From assembly GCF_000011805.1 (NCBI RefSeq), contig NC_006840.2: a stretch of DNA of 32,000 bases. The stretch is one strand, 5' to 3'. Positions 11,127 to 21,014 of the stretch are shown here, in pieces; the stretch's first letter is position 1, and the number at the start of each line of letters is the position of its first letter. Origin of the DNA: Aliivibrio fischeri ES114 (GTDB lineage Bacteria; Pseudomonadota; Gammaproteobacteria; Enterobacterales; Vibrionaceae). Both the position numbers and the translations under genes were made by a program. The notes below the pieces were generated by a model. The model was not told the DNA's origin. It saw only the letters and a list, made by a program, of their open reading frames with translations, and searched no databases.

Positions 11127-11507
11127 TTATTTTTGATGTGCAATCGCTTCAACTTCAACTAATACGCCAAGTGGAAGATCTTTAACGGCAAAACATGAGC
11201 GAGCAGGGCAGTCTGTTTTGAAAACGGTTTTGTATACTTCGTTAAACGCAGCGAAGTCAGTAATATTTGCAAGGTAACAAGTTGTTTTTAAAACTGTGTT
11301 TACATCACCGCCACCAGCTTCAATAACTGCAATTAAATTTTGTAGAGACATTTGTGACTGTTCTGTGATTCCACCTTCAACTACTTTAGAAGTAGAACCA
11401 TCTACAGGTAATTGACCTGATGTAAAAATAAGACCGTTAAATTGTGTGCCATGAGAATATGGGCCAATAGCTTCAGGTGCAGATGCAGCAACAATAATTT
11501 CTTTCAT
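11127..11507 (-). CDS. ridA: RidA-family reactive enamine/imine deaminase
   Basis: 126 aa of YjgF/RidA type (APEAIGPYSHG..., ...PARSCFAVKDLPLGVLVEVEAIA). Sits 16 nt upstream of cyuA on the same strand. Confidence 0.9.
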   Translation of the reverse strand: MKEIIVAASAPEAIGPYSHGTQFNGLIFTSGQLPVDGSTSKVVEGGITEQSQMSLQNLIAVIEAGGGDVNTVLKTTCYLANITDFAAFNEVYKTVFKTDCPARSCFAVKDLPLGVLVEVEAIAHQK

Positions 11508-11521
11508 ATAAACCTACTTAC

Positions 11522-11757
11522 TTGCAATAAATTTTGAATTTTAAGTTTTTCTTCAAGTCATGCAAAAATAATTGCATTGAGCTTGTTGGGTGAATTTATG
11601 CTTAATTGACAAGCAATGCAATAGGTTTTTGTTATTTTTGTGTTTATTTTTCGAACTGAGATCTTGTTATCATTTCAAATAAATTTGCATTGTTATTTTT
11701 ATAATTAGGAGTAAATTCTTCAAAAGTTGCATTTGTACCTAGAAAGTATGATGCATT
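11522..11757. promoter_or_regulatory. Divergent ridA-cyuA / cyuP control region with a repeated TTGCATT(G) motif
   Basis: TTGCATT at 11572, 11685 and 11727, and in reverse complement at 11615-11621. Three of the four extend to TTGCATTG. Near-copies: TTGCAAT at 11522 and ATGCATT at 11751. Confidence 0.35.
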
Positions 11758-11803
11758 ATTAATAATAAAAAATAGCGTACCCTACACAAAGATGGAGTTT
11801 TAT

Positions 11804-13108
11804 ATGAACACAGCTACATTGCCGAGTCATCATCATGAGAGAGATGGAATGAATGACTCTGAGTGGAAAAAAGCGACGAAATTCGATAGTACTGATATTG
11901 GTTGGATTGTAATCAGTATTGGTATGGCCATAGGCGCAGGGATTGTTTTTTTACCTGTTCAAGTTGGTATTATGGGACTTTGGGTTTTCCTTTTATCTTC
12001 AATTATTGGTTACCCAGCCATGTATTTGTTTCAAAAACTTTTTATTAACACTCTCGCAGAAGCAAAGACATGTACGGATTACCCAGGTGTTATTACTGGT
12101 TATTTAGGTAAAAACTGGGGGATCGCTTTAGGCGTTCTCTACTTTATAATGTTGGTTATTTGGGTGCTGGTTTACTCGCTAGCAGTTACTAATGACAGTT
12201 CATCATATTTGCATTCTTTTGGTGTGACTGAGGGACACTTAAACGATAACGTATTTTATGGTTTAGGCCTGATCTGTGTACTTGCTTTTATTGGTTCTAA
12301 AGGCGAGAAATTATTATTTAAACTTTCAGGGTTTATGGCGGTAACGGTTCTGTCTTTGGTGGCAATTATGGGACTATTGCTAGTATCTCGTTGGGATATG
12401 GCAAATATTCCAGCAATGGGATCATTTGGACCAATGCTAAAAGACGCGATCATTACTCTGCCTTTTACTTTAACTTCTATCTTGTTTATCCAATCATTAA
12501 GCCCTATGGTGATTTCATATCGTTCACATGAAAAATCTATTGAGGTTGCTCGCTTTAAAGCATTGCGAGCAATGAACATTGCTTTTGGTATCTTGTTTAT
12601 TGTTGTTTTCTTCTTTGCCGTCTCTTTTACTTTTGCCATTAGCCAAGAGCAAGCGGTAGAAGCAATGAATAAAAACATTTCAGCATTGGCGATTATTGCT
12701 CATTACTTCCCTGGGAGTTGGGCAACGATTACTGGTATCGTGATTAATATCTTCGCAGTAGTGACATCATTTTTTGGTGTGTTTATGGCATTCCAAGAGG
12801 CATGTCGTGGTATTGCCATGAATATACTATTAAGACGTATGGATGAATCTGCGATAAATAAAGAGTTGGTAAATAAACTAATTACTGTATTCATTATTTT
12901 ACTTGCATGGTCTGCTGTTGCTTTGAATGCGCCTATCTTATCTTTTACTTCGATTTGTAGCCCTGTTTTTGGTTTAGTAGGTTGTTTAATTCCAGCTTAT
13001 CTTGTGTATAAAGTACCGACACTTCATAAGTACAAAGGGGTAGCAACTAATCTAATTATTATTACTGGTATTCTGCTTTGTATCTCTCCAATACTTGCAT
13101 TTATCTAA
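11804..13108 (+). CDS. cyuP: HAAAP-family amino-acid permease, YhaO/CyuP-like (cysteine/serine-type transporter)
   Basis: About 434 aa. Long stretches match my recollection of E. coli YhaO (FDSTD.GW...SIGMAIGAGIVFLPVQVG.MGLWVFLLSS, ITLPFTLTSILFIQ.LSPMVISYRS.EKSIEVAR.KALRAMNIAFGILF). The GGAG sits 6 nt before the ATG at 11804. Confidence 0.8.
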   Translation: MNTATLPSHHHERDGMNDSEWKKATKFDSTDIGWIVISIGMAIGAGIVFLPVQVGIMGLWVFLLSSIIGYPAMYLFQKLFINTLAEAKTCTDYPGVITGYLGKNWGIALGVLYFIMLVIWVLVYSLAVTNDSSSYLHSFGVTEGHLNDNVFYGLGLICVLAFIGSKGEKLLFKLSGFMAVTVLSLVAIMGLLLVSRWDMANIPAMGSFGPMLKDAIITLPFTLTSILFIQSLSPMVISYRSHEKSIEVARFKALRAMNIAFGILFIVVFFFAVSFTFAISQEQAVEAMNKNISALAIIAHYFPGSWATITGIVINIFAVVTSFFGVFMAFQEACRGIAMNILLRRMDESAINKELVNKLITVFIILLAWSAVALNAPILSFTSICSPVFGLVGCLIPAYLVYKVPTLHKYKGVATNLIIITGILLCISPILAFI

Positions 13109-13130
13109 GATTAATTTTCTAAATAACATA

Positions 13131-13164
13131 AAAAAGCCCAGAGATATCCTCTCTGGGCTTTTTC
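13131..13164. terminator. Bidirectional terminator between cyuP and frmB
   Basis: gcccagaga / tatcc / tctctgggc, flanked by A5 and T5. Confidence 0.85.
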
Positions 13165-13175
13165 TATTTTTGTTG

Positions 13176-14018
13176 TTATTTATTCAAGTGAGAAGCGTGG
13201 AATTCTAAATGCTCATCAATAAATGTTGAGATGAAAAAGTAGCTATGGTCATAGCCTGGTTGCATTCTAACTTCAATATCAGTTCCTGATTTCTCTGCCG
13301 AAGAGAGAAGGTATTCAGGTTTTAATTGTTCTTCTAAAAAGCCGTCAGCTTCACCTTGGTCAACTAAGATTGGAAGTTTTGAGCCTTTTTTAAGAAGTTC
13401 AGAACTGTCGTATTCTAACCAAGCTTCTTTATTATCACCTAAGTATAAACCTAACGCTTTTTGTCCCCAAGGACAGTTAATTGGGCTAGCAATAGGACTA
13501 AAGGCAGAAATAGATTGATACATATCTTGGTTTTTTAAGCCGATGGTAATAGCACCATGACCACCCATACTGTGACCAGAAATCGATTTTTTATCTGATA
13601 CAGGGAAGTGCTCTTCGATTAATGATGGTAGCTCTTTTGTCACATAGTCATACATATGATAGTGACGGTTCCAAGGAGCTTGAGTTGCATTTAAATAGAA
13701 CCCTGCACCTAGGCCAAAATCGTATGCACCTTCTGCATCATCAGCAACGTCTTCACCGCGAGGACTTGTATCCATAGCCACAATAGCAATACCTAATTCA
13801 GCTGCTTTTTTGAAAGCGCCAGCTTTTTGCATGAAGTTTTCATCAGTACAAGTTAAGCCTGATAACCAGTATAAAACAGGAACCGGATTACTTTCAGATG
13901 CGTTTGCAGGTAAGAAAATAGCAAAGCGCATATTGCAGTTTAGAGATGATGAAGTATGTGTGTATTGTTTGTGCCAACCACCCGCAACTTTTGCTTGGCT
14001 GATATTTTCGATTGTCAT
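13176..14018 (-). CDS. frmB: S-formylglutathione hydrolase (esterase D family)
   Basis: 280 aa with GHSMGGHGA around the nucleophile and esterase D/FrmB-type length and N-terminus. Downstream of frmA. Confidence 0.9.
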   Translation of the reverse strand: MTIENISQAKVAGGWHKQYTHTSSSLNCNMRFAIFLPANASESNPVPVLYWLSGLTCTDENFMQKAGAFKKAAELGIAIVAMDTSPRGEDVADDAEGAYDFGLGAGFYLNATQAPWNRHYHMYDYVTKELPSLIEEHFPVSDKKSISGHSMGGHGAITIGLKNQDMYQSISAFSPIASPINCPWGQKALGLYLGDNKEAWLEYDSSELLKKGSKLPILVDQGEADGFLEEQLKPEYLLSSAEKSGTDIEVRMQPGYDHSYFFISTFIDEHLEFHASHLNK

Positions 14019-14203
14019 GATGAGCCCTTTTATATTTGATTCGTATCAGCGAGATCACTGTATTGAATAGGTATCTACTGGTTGATTTTGAAGTGCTTTA
14101 AAATAAAGAATGAAACACTCAGTAAGATTATCTATAAATTGCGCCACCCACGCAGATAAGCATACTGTCTTTATATAAAGCACTTGGAGATCAAAAGTAG
14201 AAT

Positions 14204-14226
14204 AGGGGCTAGAGTATCTAACCCCT
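14204..14226 (-). terminator. Weak hairpin / partial terminator just after the frmA copy-1 stop
   Basis: aggggctag / agtat / ctaacccct, a 9-bp stem with one mismatch. On the minus strand it is followed by auucuacuuuug, an interrupted U-tract. Readthrough into frmB is likely. Confidence 0.4.
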
Positions 14227-14235
14227 TACTTTTAC

Positions 14236-15396
<1,161 letters not shown>

Positions 15397-15417
15397 TTAA
15401 TATATTCGGATGAGCAG

Positions 15418-15436
15418 TCAACTAAAGCGTAGTTGA
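15418..15436. promoter_or_regulatory. 19-bp palindrome TCAACTA-N5-TAGTTGA in the frmA leader (copy 1; identical copy at 19427..19445)
   Basis: Read directly. Lies between the predicted transcription start and the frmA start codon, and is followed on the plus strand by GTTTTTTATTT. It could be an operator or an RNA hairpin. Confidence 0.3.
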
Positions 15437-15471
15437 GTTTTTTATTTCTGCTCTCTCGTTTTGATGTGGCT

Positions 15472-15500
15472 AGTATAAGTGTGAACAAGGATGTTGATAA
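15472..15500 (-). promoter_or_regulatory. Putative frmA copy-1 promoter (-35 TTATCA, 17 bp, -10 TATACT)
   Basis: Minus-strand hexamers at 15500-15495 and 15477-15472. Homologous to the copy-2 promoter. A degenerate LTTR-type box TTACGGTTATGTAA lies at 15524-15537. Confidence 0.4.
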
Positions 15501-15662
15501 TCCCCATAAAATGAAAATGATTTTTACGGTTATGTAATAATAAGCGTAAATATAGAGTATTTATGGAGTAGATATCTCAGTTTAAAAGGGAAATATGAAA
15601 TGAGACCTGACAAAGGTGGGTCATATAGATATGCTGCTTGTATTAAAGGAGTATGAATAAAT

Positions 15663-16037
15663 ATGAGCCAATGCAGTAGTAAAATTTGGGGACTATTTTT
15701 AATTTTGCTTGTGGTGTTTTCAGCAGGTTCTTTTGCTGCATCTCAAGTTAATACTTCATTATCTTCTAGTGAAACCACTACGCCTTATCAAAAGTCCTCA
15801 TCAATTATAAACGCTTTGGTTATTTCTGATTGTGCTCAATGGGATCATGATCTGTCATTAGGCTACAGTTCAGAGCGACATCATTGTTGTGCATCTGTGT
15901 GCTTATTAAAAATGTCATGTGGTCAATCTTTAGTGGTTACGCATTCTCTTTTAAGTTCTTTAGCTTTGATTAATGTGGATCAAGCTGAAAAAACCATCGT
16001 ACGTAATCAAACCTTATTTCGCCCTCCAATTGTGTAA
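15663..16037 (+). CDS. Hypothetical secreted Cys/His-containing protein (124 aa)
   Basis: Signal-peptide-like N-terminus (KIWGLFLILLVVFSAGSFA-AS), a central ERHHCCASVCLLKMSC cluster and a C-terminal LFRPPIV. Sits 60 nt upstream of dsbA on the same strand. It loosely recalls DUF2946-type proteins, but that is from memory and unverified. Confidence 0.5.
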   Translation: MSQCSSKIWGLFLILLVVFSAGSFAASQVNTSLSSSETTTPYQKSSSIINALVISDCAQWDHDLSLGYSSERHHCCASVCLLKMSCGQSLVVTHSLLSSLALINVDQAEKTIVRNQTLFRPPIV

Positions 16038-16097
16038 TTCTTAATGTAGAGTTTTTGTATTTTTACCGATGTTATTAATCGATTTAGGATTTATTCA

Positions 16098-16697
16098 ATG
16101 AAAAAGTTATTTGTTTTTTTATCAGCAGTTATGTTTGCATTCTCTGTTCAGGCAACACAGTTTGAGGAGGGGAAATATTATCAAGTTCTCGATGTAGCGA
16201 AATCAACCCAACCCAAGGTGACGGAGTTTTTTTCATTCTATTGTCCGCACTGCTATAAGTTTGAAGCGGTGATTAAGAATTTAAAACCCGCTTTAGCGAA
16301 GAGCGCCAAATTTGAAAAAGTGCATGTTGCTTTTATGGGAAATGATATGGCAGTACCTATGGCAAAATCGTACGCCACTATGGTTGTACTTGGGGTTGAA
16401 GATAAAATGGTACCAGCTATGTTTAAGCAGATTCATGAATTAGGGCAACGTCCAAAAAATGAAGATGAACTTCGTCAAGTCTTTATCAATAATGGTATTG
16501 ACCCTGATAAATATGATGAGGCTTATAATAGTGCGGCTGTGAATGCGATGCAGCGTAAGTTTGATATTCAGTTTGAAGCAAGTACGTTAACAGGGGTTCC
16601 AGGAGTATTGGTGAACAATAAATACATTGTTAAACCTAATGCAATTCGTAGTTACGACGAATACAACCAACTGGTAAATTATTTACTGACATTGTAA
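16098..16697 (+). CDS. dsbA: Thiol:disulfide interchange protein DsbA (paralogue in a non-canonical context)
   Basis: 199 aa with a signal peptide and the FFSFYCPHCYKFE active site. Collinear with my recollection of V. cholerae DsbA/TcpG through ...YDEYNQLVNYLLTL. Confidence 0.9.
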   Translation: MKKLFVFLSAVMFAFSVQATQFEEGKYYQVLDVAKSTQPKVTEFFSFYCPHCYKFEAVIKNLKPALAKSAKFEKVHVAFMGNDMAVPMAKSYATMVVLGVEDKMVPAMFKQIHELGQRPKNEDELRQVFINNGIDPDKYDEAYNSAAVNAMQRKFDIQFEASTLTGVPGVLVNNKYIVKPNAIRSYDEYNQLVNYLLTL

Positions 16698-16726
16698 TTT
16701 TTTATTTAAGCTACAAACTTGAGATA

Positions 16727-16758
16727 CAAAAAAGCCCTCGCAGATTGAGGGCTTTTTA
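16727..16758. terminator. Bidirectional terminator between dsbA and the DAACS transporter
   Basis: aaagccctc / gcagatt / gagggcttt with flanking A and T runs. Confidence 0.85.
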
Positions 16759-16768
16759 TTGCATGACA

Positions 16769-18046
16769 TTATGCAGGGATATTTTGTGTGAACACTTCTT
16801 TGTTAGCTGATTCTTTTTGCCACTTATCAATAACCAAAGCCGCAATCATATCTCCCTCAACGTTAACCGCTGTTCGGAAAGTATCAAGTGGACGTTCAAT
16901 AATTAATAAGATCGCAATGGCTTCTAGAGGGATCCCAGCAGCTAACAGAACCAGTTGCATACCCGACATAGATCCTGATGGCATACCAGGAGCGCCAACA
17001 GATGATACCATTGCCATAATAAAGATCATGACTAACCCTGAGGTTGTTAAATCGACCCCAAAAAGTTGAGCTAGGAATATAGCAGCAACACCTTCAAATA
17101 GCGCTGTTCCATCCATATTCATTACCGCACCAAGTGGTAGCACCATACTGCTTGTACTTTGAGATACCCCTAGTTTTTCTTGTGCGCTTTGCATTGCTAG
17201 AGGCAGAGTTGCAGAGCTAGAAGAGGTAGCAAATGCCATCGCCATTGGAGCTGAGATCGCTTTAAATAAGGTCGTGTATTTAATGCCTGTCGCTATTTTA
17301 GCTATTGTTGGTAAAACAATTGCGCCATGAATTAAAGTAAGAACAAAGACCAGTAAAGCAAACAGAGCTAATTGTTGAAATAAAGACTCGCCACCTCGGA
17401 CAGTAAAATCAAAAACAATGGCAAACACAGCTAATGGAGCTAGGCGAATAATCCAACCTACTAGTGTATTAATGCTTTTATTTAAACCGCTGAGCACATC
17501 AAAAACAGGATGCTTTTCTGGTAGTGATGAAAGTAAAGCCAGTCCCAACATAAATGAAAACATAACGATAGCGAGTAAGTTCCCATTGGTTAATGCTGCA
17601 ACAGGATTTACTAAAGCCATATTTAATAACTTACTTGCAATGGCTGCGCCACCAGCGGCTTCTTCACTAATGAGCTGAACATTGTCACCAACAGGAGCAA
17701 ACTCTGTAAGAGGTTGCCATGCAGGCATCAATAATGATGCACCTAAACCAAGAGATATCGCTAATAATGTGGTGAAACTGTAAAACAATAACGTATTTCG
17801 ACCTACTTGTTTTAAGCGGGTGATAGAGCCAATGCTTGTAATACCTTGAAGTAAAGAAAGCATTACCACTAAACCGACCACCATTTTGAGTAAACCAATA
17901 TAGGTAATTTTTCCTAACATGATTACTTGGTACCAAGCCGCTTGGGTTACGTCAGTTGTTGGAGAAATAAATAGTGTAATAAACCAAGCAAGTAATGCTG
18001 CTAGTAGTAATTGCAGAGGCAAAGAATGACGAAGTTTGTTCCACAT
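16769..18046 (-). CDS. Dicarboxylate/amino acid:cation symporter (DAACS, GltP/GltT-like)
   Basis: 425-aa polytopic protein with the SSSATLPL and NMDGTALFEG signature motifs of the DAACS family. The substrate cannot be told from the sequence. Confidence 0.85.
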   Translation of the reverse strand: MWNKLRHSLPLQLLLAALLAWFITLFISPTTDVTQAAWYQVIMLGKITYIGLLKMVVGLVVMLSLLQGITSIGSITRLKQVGRNTLLFYSFTTLLAISLGLGASLLMPAWQPLTEFAPVGDNVQLISEEAAGGAAIASKLLNMALVNPVAALTNGNLLAIVMFSFMLGLALLSSLPEKHPVFDVLSGLNKSINTLVGWIIRLAPLAVFAIVFDFTVRGGESLFQQLALFALLVFVLTLIHGAIVLPTIAKIATGIKYTTLFKAISAPMAMAFATSSSSATLPLAMQSAQEKLGVSQSTSSMVLPLGAVMNMDGTALFEGVAAIFLAQLFGVDLTTSGLVMIFIMAMVSSVGAPGMPSGSMSGMQLVLLAAGIPLEAIAILLIIERPLDTFRTAVNVEGDMIAALVIDKWQKESANKEVFTQNIPA

Positions 18047-18126
18047 AATGATTATTCCAGTTACTTTGAAAAATGTTGCTTTATACGTTTATTAAAAGAT
18101 GGCTCCTTTAATAAACGCATGCAGTA

Positions 18127-18165
18127 TAAAAAATAAAGTCCGTTAAATTAAATCTAACGGACTTT
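18127..18165 (-). terminator. Rho-independent terminator for frmA copy 2
   Basis: Perfect 11-bp stem aaagtccgtta / taacggacttt with a 9-nt loop. On the minus strand it is followed by AUUUUUU. Confidence 0.75.
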
Positions 18166-18189
18166 GATATTAAGTGAATTACAATGTTT

Positions 18190-18241
18190 TAGACCCTAGA
18201 CCCTAGACCCTAGACCCTAGACCCTAGACCCTAGACCCTAG
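18190..18241. repeat. Heptanucleotide microsatellite (TAGACCC)x7 + TAG
   Basis: Seven perfect 7-bp units giving seven CTAG tetranucleotides in 52 bp. The array ends 3 nt from the frmA copy-2 stop codon, at the repeat boundary. Confidence 0.97.
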
Positions 18242-18243
18242 TT

Positions 18244-19479
<1,236 letters not shown>

Positions 19480-19480
19480 C

Positions 19481-19508
19481 ATTATAAGTATTTCGCATCA
19501 ATTGATAA
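19481..19508 (-). promoter_or_regulatory. Putative frmA copy-2 promoter (-35 TTATCA, 16 bp, -10 TATAAT)
   Basis: Minus-strand hexamers at 19508-19503 and 19486-19481. Confidence 0.45.
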
Positions 19509-19531
19509 TACGTTAGAATGGTAAATAATTT

Positions 19532-19545
19532 TTACGAATACGTAA
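19532..19545. promoter_or_regulatory. Candidate LysR-type regulator binding box TTACG-N4-CGTAA (contains T-N11-A)
   Basis: Perfect 5-bp inverted repeat centred about 65 bp upstream of the predicted frmA copy-2 transcription start. That is the classical position of an LTTR recognition site, and it lies in the lysR/frmA divergent spacer. Confidence 0.4.
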
Positions 19546-19567
19546 TAATAGTAGTGGAGAATAGCCT

Positions 19568-20440
19568 GTGATTGATTGGGAAGGGGTGACGGAATTCGTT
19601 GCCGTTGCTGAAGCGCAAAGCTTTACTGGAGCTGCTAGAGCTCTTGATACTTCTGTTGCTCAAATTAGCCGTAAAGTCGCGGCCTTAGAGGATCGTCTTT
19701 CAATTAAATTATTGATAAGAACAACTCGAAAAGTTTCTGTAACGGAGGCTGGGCAAACTTATTATCAACATTGTCGTCATTTAGTTGAAGGTTTAAAACA
19801 AGCTGATAGAGCTATTACAGAGCTAAACGCAACTCCGCAAGGGCGCTTAAAAATCACGTCTTCAGTGACATATGGTGAGCAATTGATCGCACCATTACTG
19901 AGTGATTTTATGCTGATGTACCCACAACTTGAACTTGAACTTGTTTTATCAAATCAAACATTAGATTTGGTTGAACAAGATTTTGATTTAGCGATTCGAT
20001 TAGGGCGTTTAACCGATTCAACCATGATGGCAAAACGCTTATCGAGCAGACAAGTTCGAGTGTGTGCCTCTCCTAGTTATATAGAGAAACATGGTGAACC
20101 CCATACCTTATCTGAACTATCGCAACACAACTGTTTAGTTGGTAGCTTGCCTATTTGGCGCTTTATTGAAAATAAAAAAGAAAAAAGCGTAAGAGTAAAA
20201 GGTTCTGTTCACTGTAATAGCGGAGCGGCATTAACCAATGCAGCATTAAAAGGGTTAGGTATTGTTCAGCTACCTGATTTTTATGTTCAAGAGTCAATGG
20301 ATAAAGGTGAATTAGTGGAGATCCTTGTTCCTTATCGTGAGCCAAAAGAAGGGATCTGGGCTGTGTACCCAAATAACCGACACCTTTCAACTAAGGTTCG
20401 TTTATTGGTTGAATTTTTAGCACAAGAGCTAGCTGAGTAA
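19568..20440 (+). CDS. LysR-family transcriptional regulator
   Basis: 290 aa with an N-terminal wHTH (FVAVAEAQSFTGAARALDTSVAQISRKVAALEDRL...RTTRKVSVTEAG) and a LysR substrate-binding domain. GTG start, with GGAG 8 nt upstream. Confidence 0.9.
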   Translation: MIDWEGVTEFVAVAEAQSFTGAARALDTSVAQISRKVAALEDRLSIKLLIRTTRKVSVTEAGQTYYQHCRHLVEGLKQADRAITELNATPQGRLKITSSVTYGEQLIAPLLSDFMLMYPQLELELVLSNQTLDLVEQDFDLAIRLGRLTDSTMMAKRLSSRQVRVCASPSYIEKHGEPHTLSELSQHNCLVGSLPIWRFIENKKEKSVRVKGSVHCNSGAALTNAALKGLGIVQLPDFYVQESMDKGELVEILVPYREPKEGIWAVYPNNRHLSTKVRLLVEFLAQELAE

Positions 20441-20956
20441 ATGAGTGTTAAACAAGAAAGCAGAGATGCCAGCTTTTATATGCAACGAGCAATGGAACTG
20501 GCTGCTATCGCAGAGCAAGAGGGTGAAGTTCCTGTTGGTGCTGTGATTGTCTTGGATGATGAAATTATCGGAGAGGGGTGGAATCGCTCAATCAGTACTC
20601 ATGATGCAACTGCTCATGCAGAAATGATGGCAATTAAACAAGCGGGTAGTAAAATTGAAAACTATCGCTTAGTTGATGCGACATTATACGTTACGTTAGA
20701 GCCATGCCCTATGTGTGCAGGCGCGATTGTACATAGTCGTATTAAACGCGTTATTTTTGGTGCATCAGATATGAAAACAGGGGCATCAGGAAGCGTGATA
20801 AACTTGTTTACTTCAGCAACGGCGTTTCATTTTGTTGAATGTGAATCAGGCGTGATGGAAGAGGCATGTCGTTCTCAGTTGCAGGCGTTTTTTAAAAGAA
20901 GACGTAAAGAGAAGAAAGAAGAGAAAAAAGCCAGAAGAGAAGCTGAGCAGAAATAA
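20441..20956 (+). CDS. tadA: tRNA adenosine(34) deaminase
   Basis: 171 aa with the CDA zinc motifs HAEMMAI and PCPMCAGA. The ATG directly abuts the lysR stop (TAAATG). Confidence 0.93.
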   Translation: MSVKQESRDASFYMQRAMELAAIAEQEGEVPVGAVIVLDDEIIGEGWNRSISTHDATAHAEMMAIKQAGSKIENYRLVDATLYVTLEPCPMCAGAIVHSRIKRVIFGASDMKTGASGSVINLFTSATAFHFVECESGVMEEACRSQLQAFFKRRRKEKKEEKKARREAEQK

Positions 20957-20972
20957 AGACGAATAGGATCTA

Positions 20973-21008
20973 AAAAGGCAAGCCATTATTGGTTTGCCTT
21001 TTTCTTTT
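20973..21008. terminator. Bidirectional terminator after tadA
   Basis: aaaggcaagcc / attatt / ggtttgccttt, with one G-U pair, flanked by A5 and T-rich runs. Confidence 0.8.
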
Positions 21009-21014
21009 GTATGT

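Noticed and set aside
13810-14070. 86-aa plus-strand ORF across the frmB 5' end
   Set aside because: It is antisense to the frmB start region and has no motifs, so it is a shadow frame.
18190-18241. Heptamer array as a CRISPR array or eukaryotic telomere-like contamination
   Set aside because: The 7-bp units have no spacers, so this is not CRISPR. The unit TAGACCC (reverse complement GGGTCTA) is not a known telomere repeat, and it is embedded in contiguous bacterial sequence.
20897-20956. Lys/Glu/Arg-rich C-terminal tail of TadA (KRRRKEKKEEKKARREAEQK)
   Set aside because: As far as I recall, basic C-terminal extensions are usual in gamma-proteobacterial TadA. This is not evidence of a fusion or a novel domain.
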